Source of the DNA: Cyanobacteria bacterium P01_A01_bin.123
GTDB taxonomy: Bacteria; Cyanobacteriota; Cyanobacteriia; Phormidesmidales; Phormidesmidaceae
Length of the DNA: 64,000 nucleotides
Reading direction: 5' to 3'
Assembly: GCA_039815185.1 (NCBI GenBank)
Contig: JBCBZT010000019.1
Coordinates: 64,859-128,858 of the forward strand
Shown here: piece after piece, positions 29,262 through 39,694 of the stretch
Layout: every line of letters begins with the position of its first letter
Position numbering within the stretch: the stretch's first letter is position 1
Program-made: the position numbers and the translations under genes
The notes under the pieces: generated by a model
The model's database searches: none
What the model was told of the DNA's origin: nothing
What the model saw: the letters and a program-made list of their open reading frames with translations, nothing else

Positions 29262-29375
29262 TCAAGATTTGCGATTCATGGCAGTTACGCCCTGGATTAA
29301 CAGAACGAGTCCACTGCCGAGAATCAACAGCGCGATCGCAGCTAAAGCGCCATCTAACCAGATTGAATTTTCCAT
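29262..29375 (-). CDS. Putative 37-aa single-TM microprotein
   Basis: Manual translation MENSIWLDGALAAIALLILGSGLVLLIQGVTAMNRKS; acidic N-terminus, TM helix, basic C-terminus. Confidence 0.55.
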   Translation of the reverse strand: MENSIWLDGALAAIALLILGSGLVLLIQGVTAMNRKS

Positions 29376-29490
29376 CCTAAACCACACCCGCTTTGAAAAC
29401 TTGAGCTTTTAGCTTAACGAAAACTATGGATCTAAATGTAGTCAAGGGTTATACCGCTAGAACGGGTCAAATTAGGCTGATACGTACGGC

Positions 29491-30468
29491 TTATTCATAA
29501 CGTTCGTAAGCAGCGACAATGCGCTGCACTAAAGGATGGCGAACGACATCTGCCTTAGTCAGTTGGCAAAACGCAATCCCTTCAACATTGGCCAAAATTT
29601 TCTGCGCGGCTCCAAGCCCAGATTGCTGATGGCTGGGCAAATCAGTTTGGGTGACATCTCCAGTCACCGCCATACGAGATTTGAAACCCAGTCGGGTCAA
29701 TACCATTTTCATTTGGGCTGGGGTTGTATTTTGAGCTTCATCGAGAATCACGAAGGCATTATTTAAGGTGCGGCCTCGCATATAGGCTAGGGGTGCAATC
29801 TCGATAATGCCGCGCTCCATTAACCCAGGAATTTTTTCTGGATCTAAGAGTTCATGTAGGGCATCGTAGAGTGGTCTGAGGTAAGGATTAACCTTTTGTT
29901 GTAGATCGCCCGGCAGAAAACCCAGCTTTTCCCCTGCCTCTACAGCAGGGCGGGTCAAAATCAGACGCTCATACTCATTATTGAGTAAGGCTTGCACCGC
30001 AACCATCGCCGCCAAGAATGTTTTGCCTGTCCCAGCAGGGCCAGCACAAAAAACAAGATCATATTTGCGTAAGGCACTAATGTATTGTTTTTGGCGAAAG
30101 GTTTTAGCGCGAATAGTTTCGCCCCGTCGGGTACGGGCTACCGAGTCGCCATAAAGACTTTGCAGGTCTTCAACGCGCTGAGTATCAACAGCTTGAGACG
30201 CGGTCATAATATCTGCGGCGGTAATATTATGGCCTTGACTCCAGAGGGGCTCTAACGCTTTGACAAGCTGTTTAGATCGTTGAATCTGAGTATCGGTGCC
30301 AGAAAACAAAAGGGCTTGGCCCCGCAACGCGACCAAAGCCCCAGTTTTCTGTGCTATCAACTTAAGATTTTCGTCTTTGTGACCTGCGATCGCGATCGCG
30401 CTTTCAGCACTTGGCAGATCCAAGGTCACTGCATTTCCCATGGCAGCAGCATCAGAAAAAGCCATCAA
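29491..30468 (-). CDS. phoH: PhoH family ATPase
   Basis: GPAGTGKT, RPAVEAGEKLGFLPGDL, YMRGRTL, DEAQN, VVRHPLV. Confidence 0.95.
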   Translation of the reverse strand: MMAFSDAAAMGNAVTLDLPSAESAIAIAGHKDENLKLIAQKTGALVALRGQALLFSGTDTQIQRSKQLVKALEPLWSQGHNITAADIMTASQAVDTQRVEDLQSLYGDSVARTRRGETIRAKTFRQKQYISALRKYDLVFCAGPAGTGKTFLAAMVAVQALLNNEYERLILTRPAVEAGEKLGFLPGDLQQKVNPYLRPLYDALHELLDPEKIPGLMERGIIEIAPLAYMRGRTLNNAFVILDEAQNTTPAQMKMVLTRLGFKSRMAVTGDVTQTDLPSHQQSGLGAAQKILANVEGIAFCQLTKADVVRHPLVQRIVAAYERYE

Positions 30469-30878
30469 TCCCCATTTGAGCGGCGGATCGGGCGGGGGGA
30501 ACGGCGAGGTTTTGAAGCGGGTGATCGTGGCCTTCTATCGCGATCGCCGTCATCTCGATCCAGAGCCGTATTCTCACCATAAACATTCATCCGCACTTGA
30601 ATCTCTGATAAGCTGCCTACCGCCTCAACAACCTTGCGAATAGCCTGGATATTACGGCCACCACGGCCAAAAACACGCCCACGATCCTCACCTTCAAAGG
30701 CAACTCGGATCAACATACGAGACCCGTGAGATAGCTTTTCACAGTCGATGCTGAGCGCTTCACGAGATTCCAAGAAGGGCTCAACTAAAAACCGAACGAG
30801 CGCTTCAAAGTCGGGCAAAGAGGAAGATTCTAAGGCAGAAGATGCGTCAGGATTGGGCACGGAGTTGCTCGAAGACAT
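30465..30878 (-). CDS. khpA: KH-domain RNA-binding protein
   Basis: [17 protein letters not shown]xxG loop; directly downstream of rpsP; probable ATG at 30878. Confidence 0.88.
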   Translation of the reverse strand: MSSSNSVPNPDASSALESSSLPDFEALVRFLVEPFLESREALSIDCEKLSHGSRMLIRVAFEGEDRGRVFGRGGRNIQAIRKVVEAVGSLSEIQVRMNVYGENTALDRDDGDRDRRPRSPASKPRRSPRPIRRSNGD

Positions 30879-31101
30879 TCGCTTTCTCCAGAATGTGCTT
30901 GACAGTTTGAGTCGGTTGAGCGCCATCTTTGAGACGCTTCAAAATTGCAGGCACTTCTAGACGGGTCTCATCCGTACGGGGATTGTAAAAGCCAAGCTCT
31001 TCAAGAGGACGACCATCACGGCGATCGCGACTATCCATTGCCACAATCCGATAGCTCACTTCCCGCTTCTTTCCGTAGCGCTTTAATCTCAGCTTAATCA
31101 T
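30847..31101 (-). CDS. rpsP: 30S ribosomal protein S16
   Basis: [41 protein letters not shown]. Confidence 0.97.
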   Translation of the reverse strand: MIKLRLKRYGKKREVSYRIVAMDSRDRRDGRPLEELGFYNPRTDETRLEVPAILKRLKDGAQPTQTVKHILEKANVFEQLRAQS

Positions 31102-31300
31102 AATCTCCGGCAACTAATCCTTTGGGCAGTAATGACTTAACTCGTTAGACACTAGTCTCATTGTGAGCCTTGGAAGTTCCACACATGACTGACCATAAAC
31201 TGACGGCAAACACATGCATGGAACAAACCACAGAGTCTATAAGTGTATCACCAAATCAAGGATTTTGTGCATCCATTTTATTCTCAACCTTAGACCAGGT

Positions 31301-31432
31301 TTAGTCTTCATGCTCCTCAAACGGATCCGTTAGGGTTTTAGCTGGAGGGCCAAAAGCCGTGTACAAGGCGAATCCGGTCACGCCTAGCAAGACTGTACCG
31401 ACAGAAATGATAAGAACTGTTGCAGGTTCCAT
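31301..31432 (-). CDS. psbN: Photosystem II assembly protein PsbN
   Basis: Manual translation [43 protein letters not shown]; divergent from psbH. Confidence 0.96.
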   Translation of the reverse strand: MEPATVLIISVGTVLLGVTGFALYTAFGPPAKTLTDPFEEHED

Positions 31433-31507
31433 AGGATTTATGAGTGAATTGATTCCTTAAACCCTATAATATTACAGAATATTAAAGTGGTTTATGGCAG
31501 GTTAACC

Positions 31508-31711
31508 ATGGCACAACAGACTCGGTTGGGAAATCTCTTAAGGCCCCTCAACTCTGAGTACGGTAAAGTTACCCCAGGCTGGGGCACCACGCCACTCATG
31601 GGCGTTTTTATGCTTCTGTTCTTAGTCTTCCTTTTGATTATTCTTCAGCTTTACAACTCTTCTTTGTTGCTTGAGAGTGTCGATGTGGATTGGACAAGCC
31701 TGGGTATCTAG
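31508..31711 (+). CDS. psbH: Photosystem II protein PsbH
   Basis: [31 protein letters not shown]. Confidence 0.97.
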   Translation: MAQQTRLGNLLRPLNSEYGKVTPGWGTTPLMGVFMLLFLVFLLIILQLYNSSLLLESVDVDWTSLGI

Positions 31712-31733
31712 TCTGGGCTGAGTTTGAATGCTT

Positions 31734-31782
31734 TGGGCTGAGTCGGTATCGCCAATTGTGCAGATATCGACTCAGCCCATTT
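31734..31782 (+). terminator. Stem-loop downstream of psbH
   Basis: TGGGCTGAGTCGGTATC...GATATCGACTCAGCCCA followed by TTT. Confidence 0.6.
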
Positions 31783-31894
31783 GTTATGGCAATTGTCTAT
31801 AGCGGCAATCTTTGGTGTCGTGCCACAGGTTAATGCGGTACTTTAGGCTGTAGAAGATCAACAATTTACGTAAGCGATCGCAGGAGAAGTCCCC

Positions 31895-32278
31895 ATGAAC
31901 GTCTTTGGTATTGGCCTTCCTGAAATGGCCTTGATCTTTATTGTGGCGCTGCTGGTCTTTGGCCCGAAGAAGTTGCCTGAGATTGGGCGGAGCCTAGGCA
32001 AGGCAATTCGGGGCTTCCAAGATGCATCGAAGGAATTTGAGAACGAATTCAAGAAAGAAGCTGAGCGCATCGAAAAATCTGTGGCTCAGCCCATGAAAGC
32101 TTCTCTGGAAACCCCAGAGAACAAGGTGCTAGCACCCCAAACCGAAGCAACAACTGCTGAAATGCCTGAAGCGGCTACCGATGCCGCTGCTGACACCGAG
32201 CAAATAGACGCATCGGCGGTATCAGACAAACCAGCTGAGGAAAATGCAGCTATCGAAGAACCCTCTAAAACTGCTTAG
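31895..32278 (+). CDS. tatA: Twin-arginine translocase TatA/TatB family subunit
   Basis: FGIGLPEMALIFIVALLVFGPKKLPEIGRSLGKAIRGFQ. Confidence 0.9.
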   Translation: MNVFGIGLPEMALIFIVALLVFGPKKLPEIGRSLGKAIRGFQDASKEFENEFKKEAERIEKSVAQPMKASLETPENKVLAPQTEATTAEMPEAATDAAADTEQIDASAVSDKPAEENAAIEEPSKTA

Positions 32279-32365
32279 CCACAAAACTGTTGAGTCACAA
32301 AACCGTTTAGTCGGCAGTTAATCAAGCGAGAGCAGCTAGTAGGGTATGGAGCCAAGGACTGAACC

Positions 32366-32998
32366 ATGACCCAGACCGATACGTCCCAGGCAACGCCACC
32401 ACGCTATCCAAAACTGATTGTGGGGTTGGGTAATCCTGGCAATCAGTATGATCGAACGCGTCACAACGTGGGATTTGACGTGGTAGATCGGTTGGCCTAT
32501 CGCTGGCAGGGGACTTTGCCTGAACACAAACGATTCAAAGGCAAGTATGGCGAGATCAGAGTCGCGGGGCAGAAAATCGGTTTACTCAAGCCCTTGACCT
32601 TTATGAACCGTTCTGGTCAATCCGTGCGTGCGGTGGTGGATTGGTACAAACTGTCACCCAATGACGTAATGGTAGTTTACGACGACATGGATTTACCTGT
32701 GGGCAAATTACGGTTGCGCTTGGCTGGATCTGCCGGCGGACACAATGGCATGAAGTCGATCATTGCCCATCTTGGCACCCAGGACTTTCCACGCTTGCGC
32801 TTGGGGATCGGAGCCACTGAAAAAGCAGGCGATCGCGATGGTGCTGTCGTTTCCCATGTCTTGGGTCGCTTTGCCCCTGGGGAAGCTGAGCAAATCAAGG
32901 AAGTGGTTGAACTCTCTGCAGATGCCGTTGAACGTAGCCTCAAAGATGGTGTAGAGAAGGCAATGAGTCTCTTCAACGGGCGCACAGTGGCAATTTAA
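32366..32998 (+). CDS. pth: Peptidyl-tRNA hydrolase
   Basis: LIVGLGNPG, TRHNVGF, KPLTFMNRSG, GGHNGMKS. Confidence 0.97.
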   Translation: MTQTDTSQATPPRYPKLIVGLGNPGNQYDRTRHNVGFDVVDRLAYRWQGTLPEHKRFKGKYGEIRVAGQKIGLLKPLTFMNRSGQSVRAVVDWYKLSPNDVMVVYDDMDLPVGKLRLRLAGSAGGHNGMKSIIAHLGTQDFPRLRLGIGATEKAGDRDGAVVSHVLGRFAPGEAEQIKEVVELSADAVERSLKDGVEKAMSLFNGRTVAI

Positions 32999-32999
32999 T

Positions 33000-33872
33000 T
33001 TATCTGAGAAAAAACTGGAGCAACGCTTGGGCAGTGGCTTCCGGTTGTTCTTCGGGTAAAAAGTGACCGCAGGGCAGGGAGAAGCCCTGGACGTTTGAGG
33101 CGCGATCGCGCCAGGTTTGTAGCACATCATAGTTGCGTTCCATTACGCCCTGATTTCCCCAAAGCACTAGCAACGGACACTGGATGCGTTGACTAATATC
33201 GGCTTCGTCATGGTCAAGATCGATTGAGGCGGCAGCACGGTAATCTTCACAGGTAGCGTGAATAGTGGCGGGATCGCTAAAACAGCGGCTATAAGCTGCG
33301 ATCGCAGCCTCTGAAAACGCACGGCTGTCAGCACTCCAACAATCGAGTTTTGTGCGCAAGTAATAGTCTGGGTCATGGCCAATAAGGGTTTCAGGAAACG
33401 GTGCGGGTTGAATCAAGAAAAACCAATGTTCATAAGCCGTTGCCAGGGTTTGATTCAAGGTTTTCAAGATTGTCCGCGTGGGCACAATATCAAGCACTGC
33501 TGCTTTGGTCACCCGGTCAGGATGATCCAGCAGCAAGCGATGCAGGACACGCCCACCGCGATCATGTCCTGCAGCCATGAACTCAGTGAACCCCAGCGTA
33601 TTCATCACTTCAACTTGATCTTGAGCCGTTTTGCGTTTGCTGTAGGCACGATGGTCTGGCGTCGAGGGCGGCTTGGCACTATCTCCATAGCCCCGTAAAT
33701 CGGTGCAGATTACCGTAAAGTGCTGGGCTAACGAGGGGGCAACCCGATGCCACATGACATAGGTTTGCGGATACCCATGAAGCAGCAGCAGTGGCGGCCC
33801 ACTCCCCCCAATTACGGCATGAATCGTAGTCTCACGGGTGTCGATCTGACGATGTTCAAAGGTCTCAAACAC
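33000..33872 (-). CDS. Alpha/beta hydrolase, haloacetate dehalogenase-like
   Basis: LHGYPQT, GHDRGGRV (Asp nucleophile-Arg), HWFF, CEDYRA, GHFLPEE. Confidence 0.88.
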   Translation of the reverse strand: MFETFEHRQIDTRETTIHAVIGGSGPPLLLLHGYPQTYVMWHRVAPSLAQHFTVICTDLRGYGDSAKPPSTPDHRAYSKRKTAQDQVEVMNTLGFTEFMAAGHDRGGRVLHRLLLDHPDRVTKAAVLDIVPTRTILKTLNQTLATAYEHWFFLIQPAPFPETLIGHDPDYYLRTKLDCWSADSRAFSEAAIAAYSRCFSDPATIHATCEDYRAAASIDLDHDEADISQRIQCPLLVLWGNQGVMERNYDVLQTWRDRASNVQGFSLPCGHFLPEEQPEATAQALLQFFLR

Positions 33873-33960
33873 CTAAACCACCTCCGAGTTGAAAACTTGA
33901 TTGGGGGCATAGGGCATTACGCCCCTACAGGGAAACTATAAATCTGGAAGTGGCCAAGGT

Positions 33961-36615
33961 TTAATCTAGATTTTCGTTGACCGGGAAGCGATCGATCAGG
34001 TCACGGGCTTGCCGCGCCGCACTACGCAGCGCCTGTGGTAGATGGGGCACGTGGGGAATTTGAGACAAGAAATCTAACGTGCGTCTTAGCACTCGCACCA
34101 CATCGCCTTCATCGAGACTTGTGTTGCTACAGAGCTCGGGCCAGTCGACTTGGAGTGCCCATTGCTCAACCAACGAAACCAGCTCGTACTCCAGCCAGAC
34201 AGGCATTGCAATTTGATGCCGCCGATGCTGTTTGAAAATTTCTCGTCGTAGACTACGTAACCCTGCCAGGGCAAATTCAACCTCTGCAGACAGACGATAG
34301 CGCGTCCAGCTATCGGGCCGAGCGTTTTCGGTGACCAAAGCCGCGCAAGCCGCAGCCAGCTGGGGCGGTTCAAGTAAGTCAAATTCCCCAGAGGCCAGGG
34401 CTAAGCCCAACCACAGTTCATTGTCACCTCGAATCGCAGCGGCCATCTTACCGAGTGGGGTAGGTTCTGTACTCTCTCTACCCTCTAAGCAGTGGAAGGA
34501 TTCCAAAATAGTCATCAGCGCCAGAAATTCTTGCCAGTGCCGTTGAGACAAGGCATTGAGCTTGGCTTGGCGATCGCTCAGTTCTGACTCCATCCGCTGC
34601 AACGTCTTTTGGCGCTGGAGCAGGCTACCAGGGCTTTCCCACTGCTGGGCTGGGTGATTAGCAATCAGATTCGTGATTGATTGCACCTGTGCTTGCTGAT
34701 CTGCCACCTCTGGCGCCAGCTCTGCTAGATCGGGTACAGCGGGCATTTGGTCGACAATCGCTTGGGTTTGGTCATTACCCTTACGGCTTTGTCCAGGTTT
34801 GAAAGGGAGTTCTGGGGGGAGCACGAGATCATCAACCTGCGCCATGCGAGGAAAATCAGCGTGGAGTTGCACCACATCTTTCACTGTGGCAACCAGCCAG
34901 CGATTTTTGATGCTGAGGCACACCAGGTAAGGGAATTGCCCAGCCCCAGGTACCTTGGTAACCAACATGGCCGGAAGGGGCTCAGCAACGCGGACGTTTT
35001 TGCCTTTGAGGCTTAGCAGTGACCCTGATATAGCAAAGGTCAGGGCCATGGCGATGTCACCAGAACGGGAGTCTTCAGCCTGCTGCTGCAAAATCTTGAG
35101 CAGGCGCTTTTCTTCTTTGAGTCGTTCTCGCTGCTTTTCATAGTCGGCCAGAACAGCTGGGTCAACTTCAACCAGTTGCTGCTTAATTCGATCGATTTTG
35201 TGAACTAGATCCACGATCGCATCTTGTTGTGGTGCCAGATGCAGGGTGGCCAGATATTGTCCAAAACTGCGTTCGATCAGATCTTTGGCTTCATCCAGGG
35301 TATGGGTTTGCAACAGATTAAGTACCATCCCGTAGCTTGGCGTAAATTGGCTAACCAATGGGTCAGCTTCAGCAGTCGCCAAATATGCGGCTTCACTAGA
35401 CCCTTCAAAGGGCGTTTCCACAACCACGACATAACCCTGATCATCCATGCCCCGCCGTCCAGCCCGCCCCGCCATCTGCAAAAATTCTGAGGCATTGAGT
35501 AATCGATGACCCCGGTCAGTCCGTTTCGACAGGCTAGAAATTACCGTAGTACGGGCGGGCATATTGATCCCCGCGGCTAGGGTTTCCGTAGCAAATACCA
35601 CTTTAATCAAACCCATCTGGAAAAGTTCTTCTACCAAGCTTTTCCAAGTCGGTAAGATCCCCGCGTGGTGAGCGGCGATACCTCGATAAAGCGGTTCTAC
35701 TTGATCAGCCCTAGCGGCTTCGGGGTTCCAGGCTAAAAAAGTATCAATCTTTTGCTTCAGCAGATCGCTCTCTTCAGGACTAACCAGAGAGATACCCCCC
35801 ATGTCTTGGACTGCTTTATCACACCGCCGCCGACTAAAGATAAAGTAAATCGCGGGTAGCATGTCCTTGATTTGGAGCTGACCCACGACAGCATTAACGC
35901 TAACGCTGAGCTTCCCTTTGCGTCCTTTTTGACCCTGGGGTGGTAATCTTCGCTGCCTCAAACGGGGATTGAGTTTCTTCTGGGCATCGTCGAGCAAGGG
36001 AAACAAACCTTTGCTGTGGCAGTAGTTAAACTGCAACGGCACCGGGCGGAAGTCAGAATAAATGCGCTCGGTAGGGCCGTGGACTTTGGCAATCCAGTCG
36101 GTCAGCTGCTCACTGTTGGCGATGGTGGCCGATAACGCAGCGAGCTGCACACTGGGAGGACAGTAGATGATTGATTCTTCCCAGACGGTACCCCGCTGTC
36201 GATCATTCATATAGTGGCACTCGTCGAGGACAACCGCTTCAACCCCTTGCATCGAGGTGCCGACTTCACCAATGGGGGTGCCGTAGAGCATGTTGCGAAA
36301 AATCTCGGTGGTCATCACCAGAATTGGCGCATCACGATTGATGGAGGTATCTCCAGTCAGCAAGCCCACGCGCTCAAACCCAAACTGGTTGCGGAAATCT
36401 CGCAATTTTTGATTCGAGAGGGCCTTGAGTGGGGTGGTGTAAAACACCCGCCGCTGGTTAGCTAGGGCGCGATGGATAGCATATTCACCAATCAGCGTCT
36501 TACCTGATCCGGTGGGGGCGCAAACCACGACCGATTTACCCAGGTTCAAGGCCGCGATCGCCTGGTGTTGAAAGTCATCAAGGGGAAAAGGGAATAGCTG
36601 TTCTAGAGGCAGCAC
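33961..36615 (-). CDS. Ski2/HelY-like DEAD/DEAH RNA helicase
   Basis: APTGSGKT, KALSNQK, DECH, LSAT, ATETLAAGINMPA, QMAGRAGRRG; C-terminal DSHCT-like region. Confidence 0.93.
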   Translation of the reverse strand: MLPLEQLFPFPLDDFQHQAIAALNLGKSVVVCAPTGSGKTLIGEYAIHRALANQRRVFYTTPLKALSNQKLRDFRNQFGFERVGLLTGDTSINRDAPILVMTTEIFRNMLYGTPIGEVGTSMQGVEAVVLDECHYMNDRQRGTVWEESIIYCPPSVQLAALSATIANSEQLTDWIAKVHGPTERIYSDFRPVPLQFNYCHSKGLFPLLDDAQKKLNPRLRQRRLPPQGQKGRKGKLSVSVNAVVGQLQIKDMLPAIYFIFSRRRCDKAVQDMGGISLVSPEESDLLKQKIDTFLAWNPEAARADQVEPLYRGIAAHHAGILPTWKSLVEELFQMGLIKVVFATETLAAGINMPARTTVISSLSKRTDRGHRLLNASEFLQMAGRAGRRGMDDQGYVVVVETPFEGSSEAAYLATAEADPLVSQFTPSYGMVLNLLQTHTLDEAKDLIERSFGQYLATLHLAPQQDAIVDLVHKIDRIKQQLVEVDPAVLADYEKQRERLKEEKRLLKILQQQAEDSRSGDIAMALTFAISGSLLSLKGKNVRVAEPLPAMLVTKVPGAGQFPYLVCLSIKNRWLVATVKDVVQLHADFPRMAQVDDLVLPPELPFKPGQSRKGNDQTQAIVDQMPAVPDLAELAPEVADQQAQVQSITNLIANHPAQQWESPGSLLQRQKTLQRMESELSDRQAKLNALSQRHWQEFLALMTILESFHCLEGRESTEPTPLGKMAAAIRGDNELWLGLALASGEFDLLEPPQLAAACAALVTENARPDSWTRYRLSAEVEFALAGLRSLRREIFKQHRRHQIAMPVWLEYELVSLVEQWALQVDWPELCSNTSLDEGDVVRVLRRTLDFLSQIPHVPHLPQALRSAARQARDLIDRFPVNENLD

Positions 36616-36707
36616 AAAGATTTAGCCGTGAAGAAATTACCTCTTATTGTGCCGGAAGATTCAAAGATGGGGGCTCTGGTCTAAACATGTTGACTGAAGT
36701 TCAAACC

Positions 36708-36742
36708 AAAAGTCTCCTGATAGCAGCTATCAGGAGACTTTT
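36708..36742. terminator. Bidirectional-type terminator downstream of rpmA
   Basis: AAAAGTCTCCTGATAGC-a-GCTATCAGGAGACTTTT perfect inverted repeat with A/T tails. Confidence 0.8.
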
Positions 36743-36806
36743 TAATAAGTTCTATCTGCAAGTTCGATCAACAGCCTAAAGAGGCTGCAAAGAACCCTCT
36801 AACAGA

Positions 36807-37070
36807 TTAACTAGCAACAGCGGGATACACGCTAATTCGCTTACCGCTCTTACCACGACGCTCAAAAGTCACGATGCCATCAGCAGTTGCAAACAAGGTA
36901 TCGTCTCCGCCACGACCCACGTTGACCCCAGGATGAAACTTGGTGCCCCGTTGCCGAACCAAGATATTACCTGCTCGCACAGTTTGGCCACCATAACGCT
37001 TAACGCCTAATCGTTGGGCGTTTGAGTCGCGTCCGTTGCGTGTACTTCCGGTTCCTTTCTTGTGAGCCAT
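36807..37070 (-). CDS. rpmA: 50S ribosomal protein L27
   Basis: [24 protein letters not shown]. Confidence 0.98.
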   Translation of the reverse strand: MAHKKGTGSTRNGRDSNAQRLGVKRYGGQTVRAGNILVRQRGTKFHPGVNVGRGGDDTLFATADGIVTFERRGKSGKRISVYPAVAS

Positions 37071-37165
37071 TTTGCCCTCTTGCTACCTATGCTTAACTAT
37101 CGAAATTTAAACTTGATATGGCAGTTGTCTTTCTCAAGACGTTACACGACTATCAACAGTTGTAG

Positions 37166-37185
37166 TTGGGTTGAGCTCAACCCAA
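37166..37185. repeat. Perfect 20-bp palindrome preceded by GTAG (REP-like)
   Basis: GTAG-TTGGGTTGAGCTCAACCCAA between rplU and rpmA. Confidence 0.6.
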
Positions 37186-37198
37186 ACGATAGCCATCT

Positions 37199-37624
37199 TT
37201 AATCGTCTACAACTTCTGCACTAACGGTGGCAACCGCCTCTGGTTCGACTGGGTCTGATGCGACCTCGCTGGCTGCACTCGTGCTAGATTCACTCGCAAG
37301 CGTTTGACCATTGATAGCGATGGTATCAATCATAATTCGGGTGAGCTCTTGACGGTGGCCCTGCTTTTTACGCGTTTTTTTCTTGGGCTGCATCTTATAA
37401 ACGATCACCTTACGCCCTCTCAAGTTACGCATGGCGGTTGCCGTCACGCTTGCATCTGATATAAAGGGTTGACCAATGGTCACGTCCCCTTCATGTTCAA
37501 TCAGCAAGACCTTATCTAGGGTAACGCTGTCGTCTTCCTCAACGCCCAAGCGGTTGACATCGTAAAAACGTCCGGGTTCAACCCAGAGTTGTTTACCTCC
37601 GACTTCAACAATTGCGTAAGTCAT
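37199..37624 (-). CDS. rplU: 50S ribosomal protein L21 with acidic C-terminal extension
   Basis: MTYAIVEVGGKQ...GRKVIVYKMQPKKKTRKKQGHRQ; ATG at 37624. Confidence 0.97.
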   Translation of the reverse strand: MTYAIVEVGGKQLWVEPGRFYDVNRLGVEEDDSVTLDKVLLIEHEGDVTIGQPFISDASVTATAMRNLRGRKVIVYKMQPKKKTRKKQGHRQELTRIMIDTIAINGQTLASESSTSAASEVASDPVEPEAVATVSAEVVDD

Positions 37625-37814
37625 CCTTGAATATCCCTCCATGCCGTACAGGTAGCTCTCTGCATACACCAAAGGGGAGAAAGCATTTGAACACAACCTG
37701 ATCCGAGCAAATAATGAACAGTCTCTAATTATGCTGTAGGTGTCTAATAGCCGTCAAGTCGTCTGGGCTACCGACCTGTGAGAAGATGACCTGTGACCCA
37801 TTGCTCAACTACCC

Positions 37815-39629
37815 ATGCAACCCATCGACTGGCTCATTGTGTTGGCCTATCTAGGACTGACCCTGATTTTGGGGTTATATCTGTCTCGCAAGGCGTCGAG
37901 CAGCTTGGTGGATTTTTTTGTCTCTGGGCGATCGCTGCCATGGTGGTTGGCAGGCACCAGTATGGCAGCGACTACTTTCTCCATTGATACACCCCTCTAT
38001 ATTGCAGGGGTTGTGGGAACACGGGGGATCGCGGGCAACTGGGAGTGGTGGAGCTTTGGTGTAGCCCATGTGGTGATGATTTATGTGTTTGCCAGACTAT
38101 GGCGACGCTCAGAAATCGTCACTGACGCCGAACTGACAGAGCTCCGCTATGGTGGGCCGACAGCTGCAATATTGCGTGGGGTCAAGGCGTTTTTATTTGC
38201 TGTGCCAATTAACTGCATTGGTATTGGCTATGCCATGTTGGCCATGGTGAAGGTGATTGACGCATTGCAACTCTGGCAAAGTATTGGGATTGAACCCGGT
38301 GATGGCCTCAAACTCTGGAGCGTGATTGGCATTAGCGTGTTGGTACTGGTTTATGCCGGGTTCTCTGGTCTTTGGGGAGTTGTTGCAACAGACTTTTTTC
38401 AATTCTTTTTAGCGTTGGTGGGTGCTGTCGTGGTCTCGATCGCAGCAGTAAACCACGTCGGGGGTATGGGGGAGTTAGTGCAGCAAGTCCAGCAAATGAC
38501 TGACCAAGATGTGCTGTCTTTTGTCCCTATTTCAGTGGGGGGAGCGTCGGGCTGGGTGCGTTGGAGCGAAACAGCTGGCATCACCGCAAGCACCTTTTTA
38601 GCCTATATTTTTTTACAGTGGTGGGTTTTCCGACGCAGCGACGGTGGAGGTGAGTTCATCCAGCGCCTAGCTGCCGCCAAGGATGAAGGTGAAGCTGAAA
38701 AAGCTGCCTGGTTTTTCAATATTTTGCACTATGTCATTCGCACCTGGCCGTGGATTGTGGTGGCGCTCGTGGCGCTCGTGGTGTATCCCAATCTAGAAGA
38801 TCGGGAACTGGGCTACCCGATGTTGATGCTCGACTTTTTACCGCCAGTTGTGCTGGGAATTGTGGTGGCCTCTCTGGTGGCAGCATTTATGAGTACCGTA
38901 TCTACGCTGATTAACTGGGGAGCCTCTTACCTAACCAACGATTTATACGGACGATTTATTCGTCCAGAGGCAACCCAAGTTGAATTGGTCACCGCTGGGC
39001 GGATCGCGTCGGTCTTGGTAACGATATTAGGGGCGATCGCGGCTTTCTTTTCGACCAATGTCACTGATGTATTTCGCTTGGTCATCGCCATCGGCACTGG
39101 CCCAGGCTTAGTGCTAATTTTGCGGTGGTTTTGGTGGCGCATCAACGCTGCCGCAGAACTCGCATCGATGGTGGGAGGTTTTCTGATTGGGCTTTTCACC
39201 AGCGTCGTGCCACTGCTAACGATCTCCGAATTTGGCCCAAGATTGTTAGTCACGGCTGGCATCACGACTGTGCTTTGGCTGATTGCCTTATACACGACCG
39301 ACCCAGAATCAGACGAAACTCTAGATCGGTTTTATCGCAAGGTACGGCCCGGTGGGCCAGGGTGGTATCGCCAGCGCATTCGCACTGGCATTGCCCCATC
39401 TCAAGATCTGGGTCTCGAAGGACAACGGGTGCTGGCATCGCTACTACTACTCTTCGGAGCTATGTTTGCTGTAGGCGGCTTTTTACTATTGCAATCACTG
39501 ACAGGTTGGTTGTCATTAGTCGTTGCAGTCTTGGGAGGTGTTTGGTTGCGCAAGCTGAGTAAACGCCAGCGGGTGGCCCCTTTTCTCCGTCCAGGGATTG
39601 GCGATCCTGAAGATGAATCAGAAGATTGA
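37815..39629 (+). CDS. Sodium:solute symporter family protein
   Basis: DFFVSGRSLPWW..GTSMAATTFS, SGLWGVVATDFFQF, AAFMST; many TM helices. Confidence 0.92.
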   Translation: MQPIDWLIVLAYLGLTLILGLYLSRKASSSLVDFFVSGRSLPWWLAGTSMAATTFSIDTPLYIAGVVGTRGIAGNWEWWSFGVAHVVMIYVFARLWRRSEIVTDAELTELRYGGPTAAILRGVKAFLFAVPINCIGIGYAMLAMVKVIDALQLWQSIGIEPGDGLKLWSVIGISVLVLVYAGFSGLWGVVATDFFQFFLALVGAVVVSIAAVNHVGGMGELVQQVQQMTDQDVLSFVPISVGGASGWVRWSETAGITASTFLAYIFLQWWVFRRSDGGGEFIQRLAAAKDEGEAEKAAWFFNILHYVIRTWPWIVVALVALVVYPNLEDRELGYPMLMLDFLPPVVLGIVVASLVAAFMSTVSTLINWGASYLTNDLYGRFIRPEATQVELVTAGRIASVLVTILGAIAAFFSTNVTDVFRLVIAIGTGPGLVLILRWFWWRINAAAELASMVGGFLIGLFTSVVPLLTISEFGPRLLVTAGITTVLWLIALYTTDPESDETLDRFYRKVRPGGPGWYRQRIRTGIAPSQDLGLEGQRVLASLLLLFGAMFAVGGFLLLQSLTGWLSLVVAVLGGVWLRKLSKRQRVAPFLRPGIGDPEDESED

Positions 39630-39694
39630 CTCAGAGGCAGGTTCAATAGGCGCTAGAATAGTAGCAATAAAAATTTACATTTAGCATTGTTGAT

